Assembly (NCBI RefSeq): GCF_009834535.1
Contig: NC_045697.1
Location: 100,070,001 to 100,134,000 of the forward strand
DNA from: Camelus ferus
Taxonomy: Eukaryota
Reading direction: 5' to 3'
Length of the DNA stretch: 64,000 nucleotides
Each line of letters begins with the position of its first letter. The stretch's first letter is position 1. A model generated the notes under the pieces. That model had not been told where the DNA came from. It saw only the letters and a program-made list of their open reading frames with translations, and did no database searches. This document shows positions 22,551 to 33,666 of this stretch, piece by piece. A program made the translations under genes and the position numbers.

Positions 22551-25500
22551 ACCACACAGGCTATAATGGTGCTAATGATATAGCTGGAGCTGCTGTTCAG
22601 CCGTTGTTTGAAGACAGATGAACCCACCCTGTCCCCTTTGTAAGGGAGGAGGCAGATAAGGAACCTGCCGCCACGTGCTGGTCGGATGGAACAACGCTTA
22701 TTATGCCCGTGTTGAGACTGGGTCGTCTAACTCCTAAAATTGCCCTTTCCAATTGTATATTTCCCCTGTATGAGCACCTTCTCAAACTTTTTAAAAAATG
22801 CCATCTTCCCTTTTGATGAACATAAAAATCTTACTCCCCTCCAGGAAGGCTTTGAGCCCACATCCTCCCACAACCTGGCCTTTTAGAATCACTGCTATCT
22901 TTCCTGAATCCCCTCTTGTAAGAGACACTTTGTTGAACTTTAGAGTCAGTATTTAAAAAATGATTTACATCTTGGTGCTTTCCAGATATAAAATTAACTC
23001 ATTATTTCATGGGAGGTTTTTTTCCCAGACACACTATCATCTACCCCCAATCACTGGGTCAAAAGAGTGAAACCCCTTAATACTTCATCTGGGTTTGGTA
23101 CTTCTTTGAAAATCTCATGCTACCATGAAGCAGATTTTTTCTTTCTTTTTTTTAGTGTGGAGAGATACTAAAAAATGATTTAAAAAAAAAAAAGAGCAGG
23201 GAATAATAATGACTAATTACCAGTGCATTGAGTCTTTATTGAAATCATTGGTTAAATCCTCTCATTTACTTCATTAATCTGATCTTCATTTCCTGGAAAG
23301 CCCAAACAAAACAAAACAAACGTCTGGCAGCTACGATTAACTTCACCTCTCTTAAGGTGATACAACCAGGGAGCGGGAGGGACCTGAACTTCACTAGGCT
23401 CTATGCAGGGCACTTTTCACTGATGAGCTCAAGAAAACAAAGAGTTTAAACTTGCATCTTTACTGCATACTGTGTACACACATATTGAATTGTACACACA
23501 AAAGGGTCTGGATACTAAAAACCCAAAGGAAAGGAAGGGCATGGCCAACTTGAACCTTGACAATGGCAGTCTGCATCCTCACTTGGCCTCTAGTAAGTGG
23601 GATGGGAGAGCTGGGTGACTCTCCTCTTGGCTCCCGGAGCTTCCTTCCCATCCAGGAAGGGTGAGGCCAGAGGTTGGAGCAAAATCCTGCCCTCACAGTC
23701 CCCCTCTTTCTCTGAAGAGCACCTGGACTCCACAATATTCTTGATGCCTGACTAACAGTGCTGCCTTATGTCATCTTTTAAATAAATATTCCACCCACGG
23801 ATGTGTTTTCTCTTTCCTAGAGCAGACTGTTAGCTGTAAGAGGGCAGGGGCTTATTTTGCATGGACACTGTCAAACCTCCATCCCCCATGCAATACAAAT
23901 AAAAAGAAATACAATGGTTATCACCTGAATGCATTGAAGAAATGGATGGGAAGATCTGAAGAAATCTTGTGGTGTTTTGAAGGCTAAAAACATTGAGGAG
24001 GGACACTCCTACTCTTCTGATTTCAGTGCTATGTGGAGTCCATCACACTATGGCTTCAGGCAAGCCCACAGGATAGGCTAAGGGAAACAAGATCTGGACC
24101 TGACAGTAAGTAAACCAGGTATTCACGTATTTATATGGCCCAGGAATCTTATTCCTGCTCTTCCCATCCCCTCCATCTTAGTAGGTATCTTCTAAGACCA
24201 TTTTCTGGTTTCTTACGTCTCTCAACTGGTTTCAGAATTATGCTCAGCTCCTCCCTGAGAAGAGGGGGCCCCCTGTGCGGAATCCTGTCCCTGTGGCTGG
24301 CAGAGGTGGGGGTGTGGCCAAGCCAGCTGTTTTGCCAGTGGCTTGTTAAACTTGAACATGAGGAGAACTGAAAAGGTACCATTTATAGTTGGACAATCAT
24401 GACTAAGTGGACATGTCTATGATAAACACAGAGTCAGGAAAATGACTGAAAACCCAGCAATTTTCTCATCTGAAGAATGGAAAAATCCAAGCCAGGAGTA
24501 TTTCATCCTAATATTCCTGAATACGTGTTCAGAGGCCAAATGCCCTGAACAAGCCTGATGGGAGTTTCTGGAATTTAACATGGGGGTTAAATTCTTAGCA
24601 TTTCCTGCACCAGCCCAAGTGATCATTCGTCTCTCTCTTTTGTAAACTAATGAAAGCTACAGAAATCCCTTATGTAGACAAAGACTTTAGCAGATCTGGC
24701 AAACGAGACCTATTTTTAAAAAAGAGCACTTGGGCAAAGTAACATCTACTTTGTACACACCTGTTTTACATCTGTCAGAATCTAAAGTTTTTCAGAGGAG
24801 GGACAATTTTATCCTAGCTCAAAATAGGCATCAAGAAATATTACACTAAATCACTCACATCATCAGCAAAATGGTTTTGTTTAATTAATAAACAGACTTC
24901 CAGATTAACCTCTGGCTGTGGTCTTCTAGATATTTTAACAGTATTTAACAAAGTCATTTTCCCCTAGTTATTCTTAATATGTTTTGAAATTTTGCACAAC
25001 AGAAAGTCACTTCAACATGTGGTCCATGTATATTTTTTTTTTGGATTTTTTTTTTTTTAAGAATCATGCTGCTGCTCTTTGGAATGATTATTGATGTTTA
25101 TAATGTACCCCCCTCACCCTCTTTTTTTATTCCATAGCTGGTTTACATACTTGTCTGGGCCAGAGCTCCTGCCTGACTCCCTTTGGTGGCTGTGTGCTGT
25201 GTTAAGCACTTTGTCCATGTTTCCCAGTAGCACACGGCCAATGAACATTTTGAACTTGTATTTTTAAAGAATCTGCAGCCAGGAGAATAGCCTGCATCCC
25301 AAACAGGAGGTGTTCTATCCTGGGAGAGGTCCTACCATGTAGTCTTCAATGTTCCTTTTTTTCCCCTGTTCTTCCTACTTGCAAGTATTTTCTGTTACTT
25401 TGCTACAGAGGAACAGCAGCCTGAGACTATTTCTAAAGTCTCCTGTAACGTGGGATGCTTTGTCAATAATGGTAAATATGGAGCAGAGCGGTGAAAAATC

Positions 25501-25748
25501 CATGAGCCCCCAAATTGCGTATAACTCGCTCATCTGGTGTGGAGCTGAGTCTCCACAGGTCTCATGGGAGCATCTTCAATTCCAGGGAAGTCCCAGGGAG
25601 GGCAGCTCTCATCCCTCGGATCCATAAGCCTGGCAAAAAGCAGCGAGGGTCCTTTACCTCTGCTGATCCTGTGCCTTAACCCGGTGACTCCCAGGTTGCC
25701 TTTGGTTTTCTTCCACGCCCCCTAAGAGCAAATCTCCTAGAGAGGAAT

Positions 25749-25775
25749 GGGGGCAGGGGGCGGGGGGCAGGGGGG
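25749..25775 (+). other. G-quadruplex-forming sequence G5-CA-G5-C-G6-CA-G6
   Basis: Read directly; includes a GGGGCGGGG GC box. Confidence 0.7.
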
Positions 25776-27427
25776 AGAGTGAGTGGGGACACAGTGAGCG
25801 CTGGTTGGGATTTCTGAGACTGTTTGAATATTTTCTCCTGAAAACACTGACTATAATTCCAGCATCAGAATGTTTCCTTTTTGCCAGCTGCATTTATAGA
25901 GCTAGGGCTTCTCTAGTGGGAGAAGGGATGCCTATGCAGGCACCGAGGGAGCCCGGGAAGTGGAAGATGAGCAGATTGTAAGCACAGACACGATCACTGT
26001 AAAAGCAAAGTCCCAACAACATGTCTCGGAGAATAAAAACATATTTGACTCAAAGAAATTAGCGATCTACACCATGAGGGTTAAGTCACAGTTGCAAACT
26101 TTTCATTGTTTATCAAGACAGAAAAAAGAAAAGCAAAGAAAGACAGAGTTCCTACCATTATTACCTCCCTCCCAAGTGTTAAGCTCCCCCAACATAATTT
26201 CTACACTTTATCTTTGGTGGAAGTTAATGCCGCTTAGCCGCCACCAACTAATTAGTGCTATTTTGCAGATCTTAGCTGCCAGGAACCCAAAGGAACTATA
26301 AAATGTAACTTGTTGCCTGATTCTTTCCCATTTAGCAGTTAATTTTGACACTAAAGACCTCTTTCCTCAGTAAAATTATATATCTGAGAAAACCAATTGT
26401 GATTCTTTTCAAATTCATCTTTGGCTCTACTGGATCAAGGACTTGCTTTAATATCTCAGACTGTGAAAGTATTTTCTCTACAGAAAACAGTTCCTTTTGC
26501 CAGTGGGCAATTCTGGACTTACTGCTTATGCTTACAAAGTAATTGAATGCCTACATCACAGCGTGCAGGTTACATGTCAGGTGCACAAGTTTTCACGAGC
26601 AAAGGAGGGATTACTATAACAATAAAAAGACTGTGGCCTCTGTCCCATGGAGTGATGCTGGCTTCCAGGGCTAAACTTCCATCAAGATCACAAACAAGGC
26701 AGGACTGAATAAAAATGTACTTGTATTTTCTATGGACTTCCTTTTGGCCTTGGGATCAGCGTCCCAGGGACCAGTGGTCATCTTTATCGCAGGCATCGAG
26801 TGACAGTGTGGGGTCTGTGAAGAAGGACCCACCCAGGGACCAGTCATACAAAACCACCCTCAGGCGTTCAGTTGGGGAATTCTCAAAGCTCAGTCGGCAA
26901 GAAAGAGGTAAAGTTAGTTAGATTGAAGGGAATGTTCCAATTCCGGTAGCCCTGAATAAAACTGATTATCGGGGTAGGTACAGACAACATTTAAACGGAC
27001 TGTTGGGGTAAGACGACATTTAAGATGTGGGAGTCGTCCAGGTTTTGTCCTCCTTGGGCGGACATTCTGGGGGAGTGGCACATGTTTTCCAGCTCTGGTT
27101 TTTAGAAAAACTTGCATAGGAAGCCTGGTAAGGAGGACTGTTCTCAGTCACCCCTGAAAATTGTGATTTAGTATACCTAGGGTAGAGCCAGGGTCTGCAT
27201 GGTAGTTACAGCCCAAGCAGGAGTTCAGACAACACTTGACAAATTCCAGTGTGTGGGAAAGACCCTGGGCTTCGGAGAGGGACAAGAGCCCTCATCCCAG
27301 CCTGACACCTACTCAACGGATGACTTTTGAAGAGGGTCCAGGCCTGCTCTCCACTTCAGTTTCTTATAGGTAAAAGAGTGATGTGTAATTGTAAAGGGTA
27401 AATCAAATACATAAAGTTCTCTGCAAG

Positions 27428-27566
27428 TAGTTACTTACGGTGAAAAAGAATATGAAAACGAATATATGTGTGTTCATGTATGACTGAAGCACTGTGCTGT
27501 ACACCAGAAATTGACACAACACTGTAAACTGACTATACGTTAATACATATATATATACAAAAAAAT
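27428..27566 (+). mobile_element. Short L1 3' end inside a MIR
   Basis: ggtgaaaaagaatatgaaaacgaatatatg...tgctgtacaccagaaattgacacaacactgtaaactgactata plus an A tail. Confidence 0.82.
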
Positions 27567-27639
27567 CCTTGGTGCATGGTATATACTTAATAAGGTCTGA
27601 GTTCCCGCTCCCTCTTCCTCTGTCTGATAATAAGAGGAC

Positions 27640-27830
27640 TTTTTTTTGGATGCTTTTAATGAACCAGGGGCTTTTCTAAGAAGTTTTTATTACATTTAAT
27701 CCTGTGAGGTAGGTGTTCTCATGACTCCATTTTACAGGTGAGAAATGGAGGTGCAGACAGGTTGAGCCCACGGTTACACAGGCAGCAGGTGGCGGGGCCA
27801 GGCCTTGGCTTGGCTCTACTGCTGAGAACT
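27640..27830 (-). mobile_element. MIR SINE
   Basis: catttaatcctgtgaggtaggt...ccattttacaggtgagaaatggagg. Confidence 0.7.
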
Positions 27831-28295
27831 CACCTTATTTTCAGGGGTATAAATTAGGGACAGAAAATTTCAAAACCTCTCTCTGCTGTATATTTCACTT
27901 TCTAGCAGCTTTCCCATTCAGTCATGTCCCCGATGTGTCACAGTCTGAAGGGGACACTCAGTGTGGACACAAGCACCTGCAAGTGTGACCTGGCTGTATA
28001 ATGCGTCATTCTATTGTAGGGCACAGGTATGAGGAATCACTATTTCTCAAACATGGAACTGCTTTACATGTAGGGGCACATGTCCTCTTCCCAGATATTA
28101 GACAGCCTTTAGGACTCTTAAAGAAACAAAAAGATGTACACGTTTGTTTGAGGAGTGGTTCCCTTTCTGACAAGTGAAGCTGGAACCATAGTTTCATTTT
28201 TAGGAGTAATACATTGAGAGTCATGACCAGGAACTTCAATTATCCCTGCTGAGAAGTGGTTAACTACTGTGACAGAAAGTGGACAGTACTGAGTC

Positions 28296-28512
28296 GTATA
28301 CAGGTGCGCGTGTGTGCAGGTGCATCATCTGAACACAGAGACGTGTATGTGTGTGTAAGCACCGCGTGAGGCACTCTGCACATGACACACGACATGCAGG
28401 TATGAACGTGTGTGTATGCATGTGTCTGTGTGTGCAGGCAGGTGCACATCTGGCCTTGGAATGCAGTATGTGCCCATACGTGCATGTTCCTACAGACGAC
28501 ACGTGTGTGCCC
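28296..28512. repeat. Degenerate alternating purine-pyrimidine (TG/CA/CG/TA) tract
   Basis: gtgcgcgtgtgtgca...cgtgtgtgtatgcatgtgtctgtgtgtgca...cacgtgtgtgc. Confidence 0.8.
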
Positions 28513-29770
28513 ATGATGCAAGAGGTTGCTTATCCTACTGCACAGATTTTCTTCAACTTGGTAACAGAGAAGACAAGCTTTTTAACCCACTGTGTTTCTG
28601 CTTAAACTTGGACTTTCAAATGCAATTTTCTAATGAACTCATTTAAATAACAGCTGCATTATTATTCTGGTATAATTTTTCCTTAAAAAATTCATTCCAC
28701 CTTTGCTGCTGCCCAGCAGGAGTTTCGGTGCAGCCAGTACTCTCTTGTGCTGACAGCTCTGATTAAGGCATAAGCATTTATATAAATGAAAGATATGTTT
28801 GAAAAAAAAGAAATCTGATGGAATGTTAGTCTACAAATCTACTCATCACTCTTCCGTGCTGTGAACATCAGTTACCAGGGCGAGTGTTAACTGTGGATGT
28901 CGCTGCTTAATAGGCACACACATGATCGGCCTGGGTGATGTACCAAAAGGTATTATTTTAATGAGACCCGACAGGACAATTCAAAACAGTGATTGTCCCT
29001 GAGACAGCAGTGCCTATGAAGGAAGTACTGTTGCCCCAAGACTGTCCCTTCGTCCCTACATTTGGGGTTGCAGAGCTGTGGTGAACTGCAGACGGCACGC
29101 CTTGCCTTGGGGCTGCTACAACTCTGATCCAGCCAATAGCCACCATCAGGGAATGACATCCAGGATTGCTGTTGCTTCCAATACTTTCTGAGTTGGAAAT
29201 TCAGATTGTTATGGAAACCCTTGACATACTTAAATGCTGCCTACTCATTGAACGTTATCAGAAACATTCTCAGGGCCAAACCCAGCCCATCTGCAGGCAG
29301 GAGTCACATATGACATCGCTTTGCTCCCCTGGCCTAGAATAATTTCTGGGAATCCCTAGAGATCTATTTCCTAGTGGTTTGGGTGAGGAACCAAGGCCCT
29401 GGGGATTGGTGGTGGATGTGTGCGTGCATGTAGACATGTGTGAGGCCACGTGCATGTATGTGTGCATGCTGTGTGCACAGGGAACTTGGTTTGCTTCTCA
29501 CCCTGGTGTCCTGGTGTGTGCTCCTTGGGAAGCCTCCAGAGAGAGGAGGAAGAACAGATCCCCATCCTGGCGTTCTGGCTTATCCAGACCTAGCTGATCA
29601 CCACTCCTGTGTCCTGGATGGAGCTGGGGAGGAGAGCTGGGCTCACTTACTTAACCACAATATATTTTCTTTTCTTTAGAAGTTAACTTGCAAATTTTCC
29701 CCTCCACAGGAGGAAGTGCAGTAAGGCCCACCCCAAATGAAGCCGGTGAGTTAGATATTTCTGTATTTTA

Positions 29771-29901
29771 TTTTAATTTTTAAAAAATATTTAAAAACTT
29801 TTATTTCATTTTTTCCCCCCTTAACAGAGGCACTGGGGATTGAACCCAGGACCTCGTGTATGCCAAGCACACGTTCTAGCCCTGAGCTATACCCCCACCC
29901 C
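29771..29901 (-). mobile_element. tRNA-Ala-derived SINE (vic-1 type)
   Basis: gaggcactggggattgaacccaggacctcg...gagctatacccccacccc. The flanks share tctgtatttta (29760-29770 / 29909-29919). Confidence 0.88.
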
Positions 29902-31459
29902 GAATACATCTGTATTTTAAAGGGTCTCCTACTGGATTCTTTTTGTGGGGGTATGGGATCCATGAGCTGAAAACTTGGGAGTTTTATATCAATGGGTACT
30001 TCCAAAAGTTTTGCCCTGAGTTGTTCCCCAAGGTTTCACTTATGAACACAAAAAGCACACCAAGAATTGGCAAATCCGAACTTACAAGTTTATCCACAGA
30101 TCACTTGTTTGTCGGTCTGTATGCTCAAAACACTCTCTAAGATTACCGCAAGGGCTGCTGTCTGCTGAATGTAACCAACACGGAGCCACGTGTAGAAAGA
30201 CGTGATTCTGACTTTCTAGGAACTGACACCAGTGGGTTGACTGACTGACTGATGGGCTGCCTGGTGATGATGCTGATAATCTGAGAGGTTTTTCTCTGTA
30301 AATGGCGCTATAAAGACAGTCGTCGTTTTATATGAGACCATGGTAATAAAGATCGTAGATTATAACTCAGTAGTCCTCAAGTGATCAATTAATGGAAAAG
30401 ATAAGTAACTAAAAGCGAGCATGCAGTTCTGGCTCAGGAAGTAAAGTAATTCTGGTCATTGATGAAGAGCAAGGTAACATTAGTTTCCATCTCCACAGGC
30501 AAATGAATGAGGGTACAACCTAGAGCCACTGGCCTTGGAGTCTACCAGAGAAAGGGGGTCTGCAGGTATTTTTTCCAAGACATTTCCAGTGCACCGCAAG
30601 GTACCTGTGATGAGTCCTTCCAATGTGCGTTCTCCTGGGGAGGTGGTGCACAGGGGAGGGAGGGAGGTAGTGTTTATGATTTATGGAGGGCCAGGCACCG
30701 AACCAGCAGCTGGATACGCACTGATTCCTTTCCTGCTCACAACAAACCTGTGAGGTGGATTCTGTTTGGACAGTTTTAAAGACAAGGAGATTGAAGCCCC
30801 GGGAGAGAATTCATTGACCACAGCTAAGTCATTGAATAGCCAGGATTTGAGCCCTGATCTACCCGATGCAAAGGACAACTGATTTTCCTAAGCCTCTGTT
30901 ACCTCTCAGTAGGGTCATCTTCACCCACCATGAGTTCACATGAAGTAAGAAGAGTAGTGCCGATTGTATAAAACCAAAAATGAGGAGCTTCATTTAAGCT
31001 GCACGGGTTCCTGGGCACTTGGGTTTACGGCATTCCCAGAGCATTTGCAGAAAGGATGCACAGTCAGGCATCGGAGTCTTTCTCCATCACATTTCCGTCT
31101 GCTGCATTTTCTGCCACTTTGTCTCCCTCTGCTGCTTCTCATCTCCCGTTTCTGCTGTGTAGTCCCATATCAATAATGATAAATAATAAATCACCAATCC
31201 ATTTCTACAAGGCATTAGTCTCCCTCCTGCCTCCTGACGGGGGACCAGTTTAGCATCTGTGCTCCCTGTCACATGGGGGTGGGGTCACAGTGTTGTCCCA
31301 GAGGAACTGGCTATAGGAAGCTCAACTGCGGGTGCTTTGGTCCAGCTTGAATGTCCTTGGCAGAATGTACACCTATGCTTCTCATAAGCACACAGAACAC
31401 ACAGATATAGTTGAATACGGTCTCTTCCACTTCTAACTAGTGCTAATGCTGGTTTCCTT

Positions 31460-32290
31460 TAAAATTCAGCATATTCATTCATGTATTCAACTAATGTTAC
31501 TGAGTCTGACTGTAGCCATAAACAGTGTTGGGTTTTGGAACATGAAGTCAAAAAGCCACGCTTTAAGTCACCCCTCTAAGGTTAGTGGGGTGATAGACAC
31601 TTTCTCAAGAAACAGTAACAGAGGTAATCGTTTGAAAGGAGAGTTTCTAGAAGCATCACCAGATTCTGCGGAGAGCAGCAGAGAAGGCATCTCAGAGAAC
31701 ACAGCAGATGAGATGTGCCTGAAGGATATGCACGACTTGGCAGCTGGAGGGAGAGGAGATGGGGGCAGGCAGTGTGTCTGGAACCACCAGCGGCTTAGAA
31801 ATGCTTCCGTGTTAAGCCGGCCAGCTGGGAGAGGCAAAAAAAATCAGGGAGGGAGATGCAGAGGCCACGTGCTTAATGATTTGTTTAGATTAGCCAGCTT
31901 GAGATTTTAACCCATGGCTGATAAAAATGTTTCGAGCAAAACCGCACTAGGATGGGGTTTCTATAGAGGATTATCTAGGAAGCAGGATGAGGACAGTCTG
32001 GAGGCTGGTAAGGCTTGAAACAGAGAGAGAAACGGCAGCCAACAGCCCGTGGGGAAAACCAAGGTTGGAGATGATGAGGTCTTGAATTACAGCAGTGCAG
32101 GGGGAAACGGCACAGGGAGAGGTATTTAAAAAGCAGAATGAATGTGAGACGGTGACTATTTGCCTGTGGAAGGCAACAGAATGACAAAAACAGAGGTAAC
32201 CTCAAGCTTATTGGCTTGACCACTGAGAAATACATTCACTGAAAAAACTGAAGTCACAAAACACTGACTTACTGCAAATACAACACAAAT
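31460..32290 (-). mobile_element. L2 fragment
   Basis: attcattcatgtattcaac...tactgagtctgactg at the start and ctcaagcttattggcttgaccactg further in. Confidence 0.6.
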
Positions 32291-32579
32291 GTTGTGTTGC
32301 AAACATAACCATGCAAAAAGGAAACACTTACAAAGTTTGGTACCAAACACATTTTCTGAAGCCAGGTACGCCATGCGAGGCCGTCATTTTTCACTCGAGT
32401 AAAAAGCATGTTTTGCGAGAGGGCTGCTAATACAGACTGTGTGATGAATAAATGGATTAAGTCTTCAACGGCATGTTAATTGACCCTTTTTGCTTTTCCT
32501 TATTTTTAAACTTCATTTTTAAATCAAATTAAAATTTTTTCAATTTTTATTTCACATCAAGAACATAGTGTAACAAGAC

Positions 32580-33310
32580 GAAGTTATTTTATCTTTCCCT
32601 CCTTCTATGGAAATTTTCACTCTGCTCTGTTTTTTTAATTTCCAAGAGCTCTTTCTCATTCTTGGAAAATTTCTATCATCTGTTTCTTTTCCATGGATGC
32701 AATATTATTCCATATCTCTGTAAGGACACAAATGACAATTTACAGAATTCTGCTCTCTGAATTATCTTGGTTTCCTTGGAGTTTAGTTTTATTTGTTATG
32801 TTCTCTCTCTCAGATTTCATGGCTTCTTGCAGTTATTTAGCCACCTCTGCCCTCCATTCATATTTGCACATGAGGCACTATGATTAAGTGGGGCTCGCCA
32901 ACTAGGGAGGACACCTTAGAAAGGGCCTGAGGCAACAACCGGGCTGCTCTGGATGGGGGAGGCCATCTAGGGGACCTAACTGCTCTTAACCCAGTCTGTC
33001 ACCTAATCTCGTGAGCACCACTCCGTCTCGCAGCCTTCCCTGGTACCTGGTGCCCTAGACACTGAGTTAACTGCAAACCTGCTAGCTTTTCATTGGCTTC
33101 TCCCTTAGAAGGCACTTAGATTTCAACTTTCCCCACTTCACTAAGTGAATTTCCACTCATTTATCTTCCAAAATTTGCTGCCATCTTTTCTCTGTCCTTA
33201 GTGTCCATGTAGGTTTATACCTTTTATGAACCCTTTGGTGCGACTTTGTGGGGCAGCAGAGATAAACCTGTGGGTTCAAACTGTCATGGAGAGACAGAAA
33301 TCTTGCACAG
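32580..33310 (-). mobile_element. HAL1/old L1-like 5'/ORF1 fragment
   Basis: ttttttaatttccaagagctctttc...catggatgcaatatt...tctct is typical of antisense HAL1. Confidence 0.45.
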
Positions 33311-33536
33311 TTTCTAGGTGATTCCTTTACCAAGACCAGTTTTCCTGATGCCCTTGAGTTTTAAGTCTTCTCATATGGGCTTTGATTCAATTTCTAACTC
33401 TGTACTATTGATTTACTACTGATTTGAAACAAGTGAGTTTTTCTGGAATATCTTGATAGGGAACCAGTTTAACCATGTGGTGAAATACTGGAGAGACAAT
33501 TGGGCTGAGGCAGGGACTTGATGGATGTTATTATTT

Positions 33537-33666
33537 TTTGGGGGGGGAATAATTAGGCTTATTAATTTAATTTTTTATTGTTGTCATTAAGTGGAGTACT
33601 GGGGATTGAACCTAGGACCTCATGCATGCTAGGCATGCACTCTACCACTGAGCTATACCCTCCCCC
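33537..33666 (-). mobile_element. tRNA-Ala-derived SINE (vic-1 type)
   Basis: ggagtactggggattgaacctaggacctcatgcatgctaggcatgcactctaccactgagctataccctccccc. TSD tggatgttattattt (33522-33536) / tggatgttactgttt (33667-33681). Confidence 0.9.

Noticed and set aside
28260..28646. Overlapping Cys/His-rich ORFs on both strands resembling metal-binding proteins
   Set aside because: Artefact of the TG/CA alternating tract.
31440..31910. 156-aa plus-strand ORF
   Set aside because: Lies within a decayed antisense L2 and starts at a non-ATG codon.
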